Part shown: piece after piece, positions 10,502-20,860 of the stretch
Numbering within the stretch: position 1 is the first letter of the stretch
How the letters are laid out: every line of letters starts with the position of its first letter
Origin: Candidatus Microgenomatus sp.
GTDB taxonomy: Bacteria; Patescibacteriota; Microgenomatia; UBA8517
DNA length: 64,000 nucleotides
Assembly: GCA_020724585.1 (NCBI GenBank)
Contig: DYGS01000001.1
Span: 358,002 to 422,001 of the forward strand
Reading direction: 5' to 3'
Notes under the pieces: generated by a model
What the model saw: the letters and a program-made list of their open reading frames with translations, nothing else
Databases searched by the model: none
Told to the model about the DNA's origin: nothing
Program-made: the position numbers and the translations under genes

Positions 10502-12788
10502 GAAAAGAATATTTTTCTCCATCATCGAGATTAATTATCAACTCGAACCTTCCTCTACTAAAATTATTAAGTCTTGTTGAAAGATTGTAGATATATTCAT
10601 TTGTGTCTTGATTATATCTAAATTTATTGCCGTAGTTTGAAAAACCCGATGAAACAACTGGCAATAGGCCGTTTTTTATTTCTAAATATGCAACTGCCGT
10701 GTCTATATATTCATTGCTCGAGTTTGTTAATTGAAATTTAATTGGAATTGTGCGATTAAAATTAAAGATATTTCCATTTTGCTTAATTGGAGTTAACAAG
10801 CCGACAAAATTATAAATATAAAAATAGCTATGAGATTTTTCATGAATATTCCCTGCCCAATCTTCTGTCCTGACAGTAAATTTATTGCTTAAAGCATCAT
10901 GATTTGTTGTCGTCGACTTTATACCCGAAAGCGAGTCTGACACATTCCAGTTTGGGGTAATTGTTGTGCCAATTATATATTTATAACCATCGGCGGGTGT
11001 AATGATATTTATAGTTGGTTTAGTTTTATCAAGTTTTATCATTGCACTTTTTTCTGAAAACCCACCAAGACTAGATGCACTGCATGTAATTGTTATATTC
11101 AAGGTTTCAACATCAATGTATTTTTCATTGCAACCATTTGTTGAAAAATTGGATTCCAAGTCGTCGACGGTCCATGTAATTGTTGCATTTTCTTTATTCC
11201 AACCAAACTCATTTGGAAGCGGGCTAATTGAATAACTAATGGATGGAGGAGTTTTGTCAAATAGTGTTTTGTTATTTTCACCAAAATAGACATGATAAAT
11301 ATCAGAACCGTCTTTGTCTAATTCACCTGAAAAACTTTTTTTAGTTGGATTTCCATTAATATCGTATAAATAAGAATCGAGTGTATAGAAACCAGGTTTA
11401 CCCGATATTTTTAATTTATATTCATCTGAAGCGGGTTTTTCCAATATCAATAGGGACAACGGTTCGCCACTTTTATTTGTTGGATCATTTAAGTCACTAA
11501 TTGGTTCCTCGATAAAATTTTGGCTAGAAACAGGATTTCCTTTCGAATCAGATAATTCAAAAACGATATCTTTATCGGCAACAAACATCATATATGACAA
11601 ATCTGAATCAGATGGGGTATATGAATTAATTGCTAGATAATTATTGTTGTATGCAGATAAAGTTGATCGATCAGAATAACCCGGATCATTTATGGTATAA
11701 GTATTAGTTAATTTACCTGTGGCTACAACAAAATGGCCATCTTCTTTTAAAATGGTTGGTCTATTATTATAAAGTTCACCGTCAAGATTTTCCTCTGTTG
11801 GTAAAAGGCGTTTGTATTCAAGAGTTCTAGAAGCTGGAGAGTAATTATCTTTGGTATATCTTGAGACTGCAAGCCAGTTAACTAGTCCGTTTCGTATATA
11901 GCCGTCAGGTTGTTGTTTTAACCAATTATTTAGTTCGCCAGGTAAAATTTTGTGACCGTGATAATCAAGTATCATTGCCGCGGCTGTAAGTGCGCATCCG
12001 AACTGTTTAATGGTACCGGAAACATTGTCATATAAATCATTTTCCCACCCACCCGCATACTGTTTTAGATCTACAACTGGGATTATTGGAATGACGGGGG
12101 ATGGAGATGAAGTGGGGGTGGGAGTGGACGAAGGTGAGGGTGTTGGTGTTGAGATGGGTGGATCCATAGATCCATCTAATACAACAAAGTCGTCAAAATA
12201 TACTTTAGTGTAACCATCATTTGCTCCAAAACCTGCAGAACCGGATGTAACATAGTTTAGTGTGCTCTCAGCATACAAATTGTTATTTACCCAAACTTTA
12301 ATAGAATTTCCAACGAGTTTAACTCTGAATGTATATTCTTCTCCAATTATGGCGCGTGGTGCTGAGTTTGGTATTAGCCGGTAGTTTCCGTTGTGTACCT
12401 CATAAATTTCTAATGGGCCTGTTTGATAGTAATTTATTGCGATTCGATTGTTTATGTCGATTACTCTTGCAAGCAATGTAGTGTCACCGTTTTGATGAAT
12501 GAATTTAATACTTACATCCTGGTCCTGGGTATTTAATCCAATTACTTTGTAAAAACCCCACAGACCACCTCTACCTACTTCCACATAAGCCTTATCATTT
12601 TCAATGCCTGCCGGTTGGTTTCCATAAAATTGTGTCCAATTTTCTCCTAAACTGATGCTATTTGGTCTATTGAAATTATCTATAAATAATATAGGTGATG
12701 CACTTATTGCATGTATGATCTTTGAAGGAAGTATAAACAAAAATGAAATTAGTATAATAAGAAACAAATAAGCCAATATTTTGTTCAT
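10485..12788 (-). CDS. Secreted multidomain protein: lectin-like beta-sandwich, P/T linker, C39-like peptidase, Ig-like repeats, PxKF-type C-terminus
   Basis: Signal peptide, PTPSPS linker, LKQY...GCALT...GHFVV...INDP catalytic pattern, TIPIKFQL. Confidence 0.75.
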   Translation of the reverse strand: MNKILAYLFLIILISFLFILPSKIIHAISASPILFIDNFNRPNSISLGENWTQFYGNQPAGIENDKAYVEVGRGGLWGFYKVIGLNTQDQDVSIKFIHQNGDTTLLARVIDINNRIAINYYQTGPLEIYEVHNGNYRLIPNSAPRAIIGEEYTFRVKLVGNSIKVWVNNNLYAESTLNYVTSGSAGFGANDGYTKVYFDDFVVLDGSMDPPISTPTPSPSSTPTPTSSPSPVIPIIPVVDLKQYAGGWENDLYDNVSGTIKQFGCALTAAAMILDYHGHKILPGELNNWLKQQPDGYIRNGLVNWLAVSRYTKDNYSPASRTLEYKRLLPTEENLDGELYNNRPTILKEDGHFVVATGKLTNTYTINDPGYSDRSTLSAYNNNYLAINSYTPSDSDLSYMMFVADKDIVFELSDSKGNPVSSQNFIEEPISDLNDPTNKSGEPLSLLILEKPASDEYKLKISGKPGFYTLDSYLYDINGNPTKKSFSGELDKDGSDIYHVYFGENNKTLFDKTPPSISYSISPLPNEFGWNKENATITWTVDDLESNFSTNGCNEKYIDVETLNITITCSASSLGGFSEKSAMIKLDKTKPTINIITPADGYKYIIGTTITPNWNVSDSLSGIKSTTTNHDALSNKFTVRTEDWAGNIHEKSHSYFYIYNFVGLLTPIKQNGNIFNFNRTIPIKFQLTNSSNEYIDTAVAYLEIKNGLLPVVSSGFSNYGNKFRYNQDTNEYIYNLSTRLNNFSRGRFELIINLDDGEKYSFPIVLR

Positions 12789-12927
12789 TTAAATATGTAA
12801 ATATGAATAATACTTAATCTATTATTATTTAATGCTCATTTTGTAAATATGTCAAGGCCGGGCTTTGTTTTAATAAATAATTGCTACTGTTGATTTAGTC
12901 TAAATGTGATTTAATAAAAACATCAAT

Positions 12928-13695
12928 ATGTTTTTCGGTAAGATAAGGTATATATCTAGTTTGATAAATAATTATTCTAGTTGGTTCGACATAATATTGT
13001 CTAGGATTGAAAAGAGACCGATCACAATGGTCTCATTGAGAAACGGAACTACTCTTTTTGGTGGCGAAAAAAGTTTATTGGTTGATATCGTTGATGAGGT
13101 TTTTGTGAAAAAAGTGTACAATCCTAGTTTCTTAGAGATTGAAAAAGGCGATATTGTGGTAGACATAGGTGCAAATATCGGAGTGTTTAGCGTATATGCT
13201 GCGATCTGTGGTGCGTCAAAAATTTATGCAATCGAACCCCTAAGTGATAATTTAACATACATTAGAAAAAATTTTAAATACAATGGTTTGAATACACCTG
13301 ATTGTGTAAATAAGGCTATTTATAGTAAAAAAGGTTCAGTGAAATTATATCTGTCCGAGATTGATTCTCATGGGCAAGTGTTTAAATTTGATAATAAAGA
13401 AAGTCAAGATTCCTACAGAAGGGTAATGTCGATCAGGTTTCTAGACTTTTTGCGTGATTACAAAATCAAGAAAATCGACTTCTTAAAGGTTGATTGTGAA
13501 GGAGGTGAAGGCTTTTTGTTTGGAGGTACCACGAGAAGGGATTGGGAATTTATCAAAAAAATTGCAATTGAATATCACAACAATGTCTCTATTTTAAGTA
13601 GTGATTTAATTATTAATAAACTTGTATCGTTTGGTTACGAAACAAAAATAATAGAAAGTAACAATTTGTATGGTTACATTTATGCATGGAGATAA
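12928..13695 (+). CDS. FkbM family methyltransferase
   Basis: VDIGANIG, IEP, LKVDCEGGE and IEYH motifs. Confidence 0.92.
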   Translation: MFFGKIRYISSLINNYSSWFDIILSRIEKRPITMVSLRNGTTLFGGEKSLLVDIVDEVFVKKVYNPSFLEIEKGDIVVDIGANIGVFSVYAAICGASKIYAIEPLSDNLTYIRKNFKYNGLNTPDCVNKAIYSKKGSVKLYLSEIDSHGQVFKFDNKESQDSYRRVMSIRFLDFLRDYKIKKIDFLKVDCEGGEGFLFGGTTRRDWEFIKKIAIEYHNNVSILSSDLIINKLVSFGYETKIIESNNLYGYIYAWR

Positions 13696-13716
13696 ATTAT
13701 TAGAAAATTGTAAATT

Positions 13717-14445
13717 ATGACTTTATATGAAAAATATCATTTAAACCGTCAACAAGAAAAAAGGGTTATAAATGATTTTGATTATACTCATAGGCCATTG
13801 CTGTCAGTTTTGTCAAATATAGACCACAAGAACAAAAGAGTTTTGGATATTGGCTGCGGTACAGGGACTACTTGTTTTTATTTTGCTTCAAAAGGGTCAA
13901 ATGTCTTAGGCATTGATGTTTCTAGGAACGCGATAAAGTTAGCAAACACAAATGCTAAGCGTCTTGGTCTGAAGACTAGAACAAAGTTTATTTTAGCAAG
14001 TTACCCAGAACTAGATTTAAAAGACAAGTACGATTTAATTGTCTGCTCTGAGATATTAGAACATATCAAAGATCATGAAAAAGCTTTAAAAAAAATTCAT
14101 AAGTTGTTATTAAAAGATGGTCTGGTTGTTTTTTCAATTCCATTAACTTCGTCATTTCTATATAGAAAGAAACTATTGAATAAATTCGATAAAGAAGTGG
14201 GTCATCTGAGAAGATATGATGCTTCTGGATTTATAAAGCTTATCAAAAATAGCAAATTCGATATTATAAAAACCAAAAAAAATCAAGGGATACTCCGAGA
14301 TTATTTATTTACATCAACAACAAGGTCAATAATTGTAGCTTTAGCAAATAGATTTAAGGTTATATCAGATTTACTAACTTTTATTGATGAAAAATTGTTC
14401 TTTCTTGGTGTATCAAATTTGGTAGTTTTAGCTAGAAAAAAATGA
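13717..14445 (+). CDS. Class I SAM-dependent methyltransferase
   Basis: VLDIGCGTG, CSEILEHI and GHLRRY motifs. Confidence 0.9.
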   Translation: MTLYEKYHLNRQQEKRVINDFDYTHRPLLSVLSNIDHKNKRVLDIGCGTGTTCFYFASKGSNVLGIDVSRNAIKLANTNAKRLGLKTRTKFILASYPELDLKDKYDLIVCSEILEHIKDHEKALKKIHKLLLKDGLVVFSIPLTSSFLYRKKLLNKFDKEVGHLRRYDASGFIKLIKNSKFDIIKTKKNQGILRDYLFTSTTRSIIVALANRFKVISDLLTFIDEKLFFLGVSNLVVLARKK

Positions 14446-15332
14446 AGATTCTTTTTATTTCAAAATATAAGTGGCCGCGGGTGGGAGGGGTGGAGAAGCA
14501 CATAGAGGCTATAAGCCACAAGCTATATGCTTTAAGGTACAAAACAAAAACAATTAAAACAAAAATTATTTCGGGAGAAGATATCAAACAACCACATATT
14601 AAAATTATTGGGCTATTTTATATTTGGTTTTGGTTTTTAAAAAATTATAGATTAATTTTAAATTCTGACATTATTCATATTCATGATGTTTTTATCTGGT
14701 ATCTACCTTTTAGGTTCTTATTTTTTTGGAAAAAAGTATACATAACCTTTCATGGTTGGGAGGGGAAATTTCCAATTCCTTATTGGAATATATTAAATAA
14801 AAAACTTGCTTATTATTTAACAAGCGGAAATATATGTGTTGGGAAATATATTGAAAAGTATTATGGAATAAAGTCCGATTTTGTAATATATGGAGGCGTA
14901 GAAAAAACTCAAAAACTCCAAGAATTAAAAAATCAAAACAAACAAAAAAAAGAAAACACAATTGTTTGGTTGGGGAGATTGGAAAAAGATACGGGATTAT
15001 TAGAGTTTTTATCTTGGTCTAGTAGACTAGTCTACGGATACAGAGGATATAGGATTATTTTTGTGGGGGATGGGAACTTGAGAAAGGAATGCCAAAAATA
15101 CGGAAAGGTTATTAAAAAAGTTAAAGATCCTGAAAAATATTTAATCTCTTCAGAATACTGTGCGCCCTCTGGCTATCTTTCCTATTTGGAAGCTAAAAAC
15201 ATGGGGTGCAAGATAATGACATTTGCTCACAATAAATTAAAAGAAGATTACTGGAAAGAGATAAAAAGGATGAAAACAGTTCCTGGTTGGGATGATGTTT
15301 TAAAAGTCTATTTGAAATTATGGCAAATTTAA
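14442..15332 (+). CDS. Glycosyltransferase family 4
   Basis: GGVEKH, IHIHD, TFHG and WLGRLEKDTG motifs. Confidence 0.85.
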   Translation: MKILFISKYKWPRVGGVEKHIEAISHKLYALRYKTKTIKTKIISGEDIKQPHIKIIGLFYIWFWFLKNYRLILNSDIIHIHDVFIWYLPFRFLFFWKKVYITFHGWEGKFPIPYWNILNKKLAYYLTSGNICVGKYIEKYYGIKSDFVIYGGVEKTQKLQELKNQNKQKKENTIVWLGRLEKDTGLLEFLSWSSRLVYGYRGYRIIFVGDGNLRKECQKYGKVIKKVKDPEKYLISSEYCAPSGYLSYLEAKNMGCKIMTFAHNKLKEDYWKEIKRMKTVPGWDDVLKVYLKLWQI

Positions 15333-16306
15333 AATTTTTAAAAGATAAAAAAGTTTCTGTTTGTGTAACCATATTCAATGAATCATCAGAGAGCATTAAT
15401 AAACTTCTTAATGCGTTAAACAATCAATCTTTAAAAGCTGATGAAGTGATAGTGGTCGATGCAAGTACAAAAACTCAAAGATTCAAAAAAACAAAAAATC
15501 AAAACAAATTAAAAATAAAAATAATAAATAAAGAGGGAGCAAGTAGAGCCGAGGGGAGAAATACTGCAATAAAAAAAGCCAGAAATGAAATAATTGCTAT
15601 AACTGATGCAGGTTGTGTGCCAAATAAGGATTGGCTAGAAAAAATAACTAAACCATTTAAGATTGCTTCGTCGCAAGCTCCTCGCAATGACAGAGTTTTT
15701 TTCTCCCAAGTTCCTCGTACTGATGTTGTCAGTGGCGGCTACAAAATGGTTGCAAATAACAATTTTGAAAAAGCAGAAAGTGTATTTTTGGGTGTTAGCC
15801 GGGAAAATATGAATAAAGATTTTTTACCTTCTGCTAGGTCGATGGCTTTTACTAAAACAATCTGGAAAAAAGCCGGCGGCTTCCCTGAAAATTTAAATGA
15901 CACGGCAGAGGATAGCCTATTTAATATTAATTTGATTAAGAGGGGGGCGAAGTTTAAAGTAGTAAAAGACGCAGTTGTTTTCTGGGAAATGCCTAAATCA
16001 ATTTATGATTTTGGATTTAAGATATATAGATACGCATTGGGTGATTTGAATTCTGGTATTTGGTGGCACCCAACCAAAAAATGGAAAACACATAACTTGA
16101 AGATACTGAGTATTTTTGCAAGATATGTTGTTGGAATCTGGTTACTATTCTTTAATTACTATTTATTTTTGCTATATGTATTATGCTATATGCTGTATGG
16201 GTATAAAAAAGCAAAGTGGTGGGGGATAATACTCCAATTCGTGTCCGATATTGCAATTATTTCTGCTACAATCAGGTATGTATGGGATATTATAAAGAAG
16301 CCCTAA
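15320..16306 (+). CDS. Glycosyltransferase family 2
   Basis: VSVCVTIFNE, GRN, ITDAG (DxD-like) and GGFPE...AED motifs. Confidence 0.9.
   Translation: MANLKFLKDKKVSVCVTIFNESSESINKLLNALNNQSLKADEVIVVDASTKTQRFKKTKNQNKLKIKIINKEGASRAEGRNTAIKKARNEIIAITDAGCVPNKDWLEKITKPFKIASSQAPRNDRVFFSQVPRTDVVSGGYKMVANNNFEKAESVFLGVSRENMNKDFLPSARSMAFTKTIWKKAGGFPENLNDTAEDSLFNINLIKRGAKFKVVKDAVVFWEMPKSIYDFGFKIYRYALGDLNSGIWWHPTKKWKTHNLKILSIFARYVVGIWLLFFNYYLFLLYVLCYMLYGYKKAKWWGIILQFVSDIAIISATIRYVWDIIKKP
15660..15725. repeat. Half palindromic (RPE/REP-like) element plus a degenerate tandem copy, in frame in the GT2 gene
   Basis: AGATTGCTTCG...CCTCGCAATGACA encodes IASSQAPRND and is followed by the related RVFFSQVPRTD. 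Confidence 0.75.
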
Positions 16307-17499
16307 AAGGCATAAGTTGGATGGGGATTCTTCGCGGATTAACAAGGGGCTTAGCTCTTATTAAAATCGCAATTTTAGCCCGTATTTTAAGTCCTCTTCA
16401 GTTTGGAATTTTTGGCATCGCAACTTTAGTTTTGGGATTTCTAGAAATAATGACTGAGACGGGCATAAACATATTTTTAATACAAAAAAAGGATAATATC
16501 GACAGGTATATTAATTCAGCTTGGTTTATTTCAATTATTAGAGGATTTTTAATCGGGTTTTTGATATTTTTATTGTCACCTGTTATTGCGAATTATTTTG
16601 AATCCGAAAGCGCAGTTTATATCATAAGGTTGATATCTCTAGTTCCAATTATTAGAGGATTTATAAATCCCTCATGTGTTAAATTTCAAAAAAATCTGGA
16701 ATTTAGGAAACAATTTTTTTATGAATCTTCTATTTTTGGACTAGATTTTTTACTTACTGTTATTATTGCCTTGATTACCAAGTCTGAAAATTCGCTAGTT
16801 TTGGGAATGATTTTTTCTACGATTTTAGAAATTGTTTTGTCTCATAAAATATTTAGCCCAAGACCTAAATTTGTTTTTGAAAAAGAAAAGACACTGGAAG
16901 TCATAAATAGAGGTAAATGGATAACAGGAGCTGGAGTATTTAATTATTTGTTCCAAAATATTGATGATTTATTTGTTGGAAAAATGATGGGGGCAACTTC
17001 ACTTGGTGTTTATCAACAAGCATATAAATTATCAACCGTACCTGTTTCAGAAGTTGGAGAGGTATTTAATAAAGTGACATTTCCAATTTATACCAAAATT
17101 GAAGGTGATAAAGTACGACTTAGAAAAGCATTTTTTAAAACCCTTTTAGTTATCTGTCTTTTTGTAGTTCCATTTGTAATTATTCTTTTTAAATACCCTG
17201 TAGAAATCGTAAAAATTGTTTATGGAGATAAATGGCTTTCAATGGTACCGGTATTACAAATATTGGCCATTTTTGGACTAATTAAATCTATATTTAACTC
17301 ATTTTTCTCACTCTTTTTAGGTTTAAAAAAACAAGAAGTTGTTACTCTAATTACTTTTATTGGTTCAGCCTTACTATTTTTCCTAACTTTTCCACTTATT
17401 AAAATATTTGGTGTAATTGGAGCAGGATACGCAACAATAATTGCAACACTTTTAGCATATCCATTTGTAATTTATTACTTTTTTAAATTAACAAAATGA
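16282..17499 (+). CDS. Polysaccharide flippase (Wzx/PST family)
   Basis: ILARILSP..FG and LGVYQQAY motifs, about 12 TM helices. ATG at 16282 preferred over 16216. Confidence 0.9.
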   Translation: MGYYKEALKGISWMGILRGLTRGLALIKIAILARILSPLQFGIFGIATLVLGFLEIMTETGINIFLIQKKDNIDRYINSAWFISIIRGFLIGFLIFLLSPVIANYFESESAVYIIRLISLVPIIRGFINPSCVKFQKNLEFRKQFFYESSIFGLDFLLTVIIALITKSENSLVLGMIFSTILEIVLSHKIFSPRPKFVFEKEKTLEVINRGKWITGAGVFNYLFQNIDDLFVGKMMGATSLGVYQQAYKLSTVPVSEVGEVFNKVTFPIYTKIEGDKVRLRKAFFKTLLVICLFVVPFVIILFKYPVEIVKIVYGDKWLSMVPVLQILAIFGLIKSIFNSFFSLFLGLKKQEVVTLITFIGSALLFFLTFPLIKIFGVIGAGYATIIATLLAYPFVIYYFFKLTK

Positions 17500-18116
17500 T
17501 AGAGATATTAACTCTAAAAAAAAGAAATGTAAAAGATTTTGCAAAAGAAAAAAATTTACTTTTATCAAAAGCTAAATCGGAATGGGTTTTATTTGTCGAT
17601 CCAGACGAAATTGTTTCTGATGAATTAAAAAATGAAATCGAAAGTGTGATAAAAAATACTACAAAAAATGGGTATTACATAAGACGCGTGGATTATCTTT
17701 TTGGTAAAGAACTCAAACATGGGGAATACTCTAGATCAGGCTGGTTTGGGAACACTACACTAATTAGATTAGGTAGAAAAGGTACGGGAATATGGAAAAG
17801 AAAAGTTCATGAATATTGGGATATTCGAGGTGAGGTTGGATATCTTAAAAATCCTTTATTACATTACCCGCACCCAACACTAAAAGATTACATAAATAAC
17901 ATAAATTATTTTTCAACTTTGCACGCTAAATCTTTACATGAGGAAGGGAAAAAATCGACGATAATTAAAATTATTATTTGGCCAGTAGGTAAGTTTATAT
18001 ATAATTACATATTTAGATTGGGATTTTTAGATGGTATGGTAGGCTTTGTATCTGCCTTAGTGATGAGTTTCCACTCATATTTATCATGGTCAAAGTTATA
18101 TTTTGGGCAATATTAA
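17496..18116 (+). CDS. Glycosyltransferase family 2 (short, WaaE-like)
   Basis: WVLFVDPDE, VHE, LLHY and GFLDG motifs. Confidence 0.85.
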   Translation: MIEILTLKKRNVKDFAKEKNLLLSKAKSEWVLFVDPDEIVSDELKNEIESVIKNTTKNGYYIRRVDYLFGKELKHGEYSRSGWFGNTTLIRLGRKGTGIWKRKVHEYWDIRGEVGYLKNPLLHYPHPTLKDYINNINYFSTLHAKSLHEEGKKSTIIKIIIWPVGKFIYNYIFRLGFLDGMVGFVSALVMSFHSYLSWSKLYFGQY

Positions 18117-19123
18117 TTGTTTTTCCATTTGGCCAACTATTAAAAATTGGCTTTATTAACCTTTTTGATGTCTTGGTTTTGACTCTGGCCATTATTACAT
18201 TATTTAAAAAACCTCAATATCCCGAGTGGTATAAATACTTTCTTAACTTTTTATTGTTTTGTGTTTTTGGGTTAATTCTTAATTATTCACTTTTAACTCT
18301 TAATTCGTCATTATACTTAGTTCGTCTTTGGTCATACTCAATGATTGCAGTTTATATAACTAATTATCTAAAGAACAAAATAGATATAACTAAAAGTTTA
18401 ATGGCAGTTACTTTTTATTCAGCTCTCTTTGGTTTTATCCAGTATTTTATATATCCAGATACTAGGGCCTTTTTTGAGTTTGGTTGGGATGATCACTACT
18501 TGAGGATGATAGGAACATTTTTAGATCCAACTTTTTTGGGTTTAATATTAGTTTTAGGATTAATTTTATCTATTGATTATAAAAAAAATATATTAAGCAT
18601 TTTTTTAAGTAGCGCAATTTTATTAACTTATTCTAGAGTGAGTATTTTACTTGCTTTACTTATTTTAATTTGGAAAAAAAAGATATTTGTAATCCTGTTT
18701 TTAATATTTGTGTTTCTTTTTATTCCTAAAAATATTGGAGAGGGCACAACTATAACTAGAACTGCAAGTGGGGTGAATAAGTTACAAAATTATACTGAAA
18801 GTCTTGAGATTATTAAGAATTCACCCATATATGGCATTGGCTTTAACAATTTATGTAAGTTGAAGGCAGGAAATTACAACTCACATTCATGTTCTGGTCT
18901 GGATTCTTCAATATTATTTTTGTTGGCAACAACAGGTGTAATTGGGACAATGATGTTGTTGTATGCTATAAGTCATATGCCATATGGCTTAGTTCTTAAA
19001 GCTAGCTTTATCGTAGTTTTTATTCATAGTTTATTTTCAAATAGCTTATTCTACCCACATATTATGTTTTGGTTATTTAGTTTAATTGGATTAGAGGGTA
19101 AAATTAACAGTCAACGAAGTTGA
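18086..19123 (+). CDS. O-antigen ligase/polymerase-like membrane protein
   Basis: Multi-TM. RMIGTFLDP, LTYSR and GIGFN motifs. Confidence 0.8.
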   Translation: MVKVIFWAILIVFPFGQLLKIGFINLFDVLVLTLAIITLFKKPQYPEWYKYFLNFLLFCVFGLILNYSLLTLNSSLYLVRLWSYSMIAVYITNYLKNKIDITKSLMAVTFYSALFGFIQYFIYPDTRAFFEFGWDDHYLRMIGTFLDPTFLGLILVLGLILSIDYKKNILSIFLSSAILLTYSRVSILLALLILIWKKKIFVILFLIFVFLFIPKNIGEGTTITRTASGVNKLQNYTESLEIIKNSPIYGIGFNNLCKLKAGNYNSHSCSGLDSSILFLLATTGVIGTMMLLYAISHMPYGLVLKASFIVVFIHSLFSNSLFYPHIMFWLFSLIGLEGKINSQRS

Positions 19124-19804
19124 ATTTTCATTTCCTGCCATATCCTTTGCTTTGATTTCAAATTTGTTTTCTCCTTCTGAAAGTGTTGTTGAAAATATAA
19201 AACTTAGATCATCCTTTAAGGAGACGACTCTTTCGTTTATCTTTAGATCAACAATTTCAGAGATCTTTCCTTTTATTGCCAGTTGTCTTTGATTTTGTCC
19301 ATAAAAAGAGTTTCCATCCGAAGGCGATTCAATTGTAATTTCAGGTTTTTGATCATCAAATATTATTTTGTAGGTCTCAGTTTTCTGGCTTTCATTGTTT
19401 GATGAATCTTTTGCCATAAAGTCAATTAAGTTCTCGCCGTCATTTAGTTTGAATTCAAATCTAAAATCTCCATTTGCATCAGATACCACCTCTTCATTTC
19501 TGTTATTGGCACGAATTATAATAATCGCCCCTTCTTCAGTTTTGCCCTTTATCTCAATTGTTTTTAGATTTGTATACTCGGGAAGATTTTCAACTTGAGG
19601 TGGGGCGGGAGGCGTTGTATCTGCAATGTCAACTGGGGAGTCGGGTTTTCCAATTCTACCTACAAACCCGGCAAATTTTATAAGCGTTGGCAGTCCAAAA
19701 AAGACCAGAAAAAGTACAGCAGTAATTGACAGGATCATATAAAAATAAGCTCTTTTTATATTCCTTTTTTCCTCGACTGAGGCTAGCCTTGAATATTTTG
19801 TCAT
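19091..19804 (-). CDS. Membrane-anchored protein with two bacterial Ig-like domains
   Basis: N-terminal TM helix, then two (L..GEN...I.A.D.AGN)-type repeats. Confidence 0.8.
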   Translation of the reverse strand: MTKYSRLASVEEKRNIKRAYFYMILSITAVLFLVFFGLPTLIKFAGFVGRIGKPDSPVDIADTTPPAPPQVENLPEYTNLKTIEIKGKTEEGAIIIIRANNRNEEVVSDANGDFRFEFKLNDGENLIDFMAKDSSNNESQKTETYKIIFDDQKPEITIESPSDGNSFYGQNQRQLAIKGKISEIVDLKINERVVSLKDDLSFIFSTTLSEGENKFEIKAKDMAGNENSTSLTVNFTL

Positions 19805-19826
19805 GTATAATAGTTATATCACTAAA

Positions 19827-20651
19827 ATGGATAAATACAAGGCTACATGGGTAAGCCACTCCTCAATTTCTGATTTTTTGGCTTGTCCAAGGGCATATTA
19901 TTTGCGAAATGTCTATAAAGACCCCATAACTTCTCATAAAATAACAATTACAACACCTGCTCTTTCCCTTGGATCTGTGGTGCACGAGGTAATAGAATCG
20001 TTATCAATTTTACCTTCGGATCAAAGATTTAAAATACCGCTTGTTAAAAAATTTGAAGAGGCATGGCTCAAAGTTTCTGGCGAAGCTGGCGGTTTTAAGT
20101 CAAAATCAGAAGAGGATGAATATAAAAATCGAGGTATGGAGATGGTTTTAAGAGTGCAAAAAAATCCTGGGCTGCTTCTTAAAAAGGCTATTAAAATTAA
20201 AAGCGATTTTATCCCCAATTTCTATCTGTCTGAAGAAGATGAGATTATTTTATGCGGCAAAATTGATTGGATTGAGTATCTAGATCAAAGCGATTCAATT
20301 CACTTAATTGATTTTAAGACGGGAAAAAATGAAGAGGGCAAAGAATCTTTACAGCTTCCAATCTATTACCTTTTGGCTTCAAATCTGCAAACAAGATTAG
20401 TGACAAAAGTTTCATATTGGTATTTAAATAAAGACATAAAACCTGTAGAAAAAGACCTGCCTGATTATGAGAAATCAAAGGAAAATATTTTAACGATTGC
20501 CAGAAGAATAAAACTTGCAAGACAGTTAAACCATTTTAAATGTCCTAAAAATGGGTGTATAAAGTGTAAGCCTCTTGAGCGAGTGCTTCGGGGTGAAGGC
20601 AAGAAAGTTGCCGTATCCGACACGAATCAAGATGTTTATATTTTAGTCTGA
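19827..20651 (+). CDS. PD-(D/E)XK nuclease family protein (AddB/Cas4-like with Cys staple)
   Basis: SHSS...CPR, GKID...IDFKTG, QL..Y and C-terminal CxxxxCxxC. Start at 19827 preferred over 19803. Confidence 0.85.
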   Translation: MDKYKATWVSHSSISDFLACPRAYYLRNVYKDPITSHKITITTPALSLGSVVHEVIESLSILPSDQRFKIPLVKKFEEAWLKVSGEAGGFKSKSEEDEYKNRGMEMVLRVQKNPGLLLKKAIKIKSDFIPNFYLSEEDEIILCGKIDWIEYLDQSDSIHLIDFKTGKNEEGKESLQLPIYYLLASNLQTRLVTKVSYWYLNKDIKPVEKDLPDYEKSKENILTIARRIKLARQLNHFKCPKNGCIKCKPLERVLRGEGKKVAVSDTNQDVYILV

Positions 20652-20821
20652 GGCTTTAAAGTCGCCACCGGCAGTATTATCGATCCAGAATTGTTATTTG
20701 AGCCACCTAAATTTTCATCTAATGGACCTTTTTCATATTGAATCGGAGTCTTCGGATTTTCACCGCCAGACAGCGGATCGTGGACTCTTTTTAATTCTTC
20801 TATTACTTGCTCACCACTCAT
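20636..20821 (-). CDS. Small hypothetical protein
   Basis: TATAAT 6 nt upstream of the ATG at 20821. Confidence 0.4.
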   Translation of the reverse strand: MSGEQVIEELKRVHDPLSGGENPKTPIQYEKGPLDENLGGSNNNSGSIILPVATLKPQTKI

Positions 20822-20860
20822 GTGTATATTATACCAAAAAAACAAAATTTAGGTTAAAAT

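Noticed and set aside
19803-20651. Cas4 / CRISPR-Cas locus
   Set aside because: No cas1/cas2 and no repeat-spacer array in the window. Treated as a stand-alone PD-(D/E)XK nuclease.
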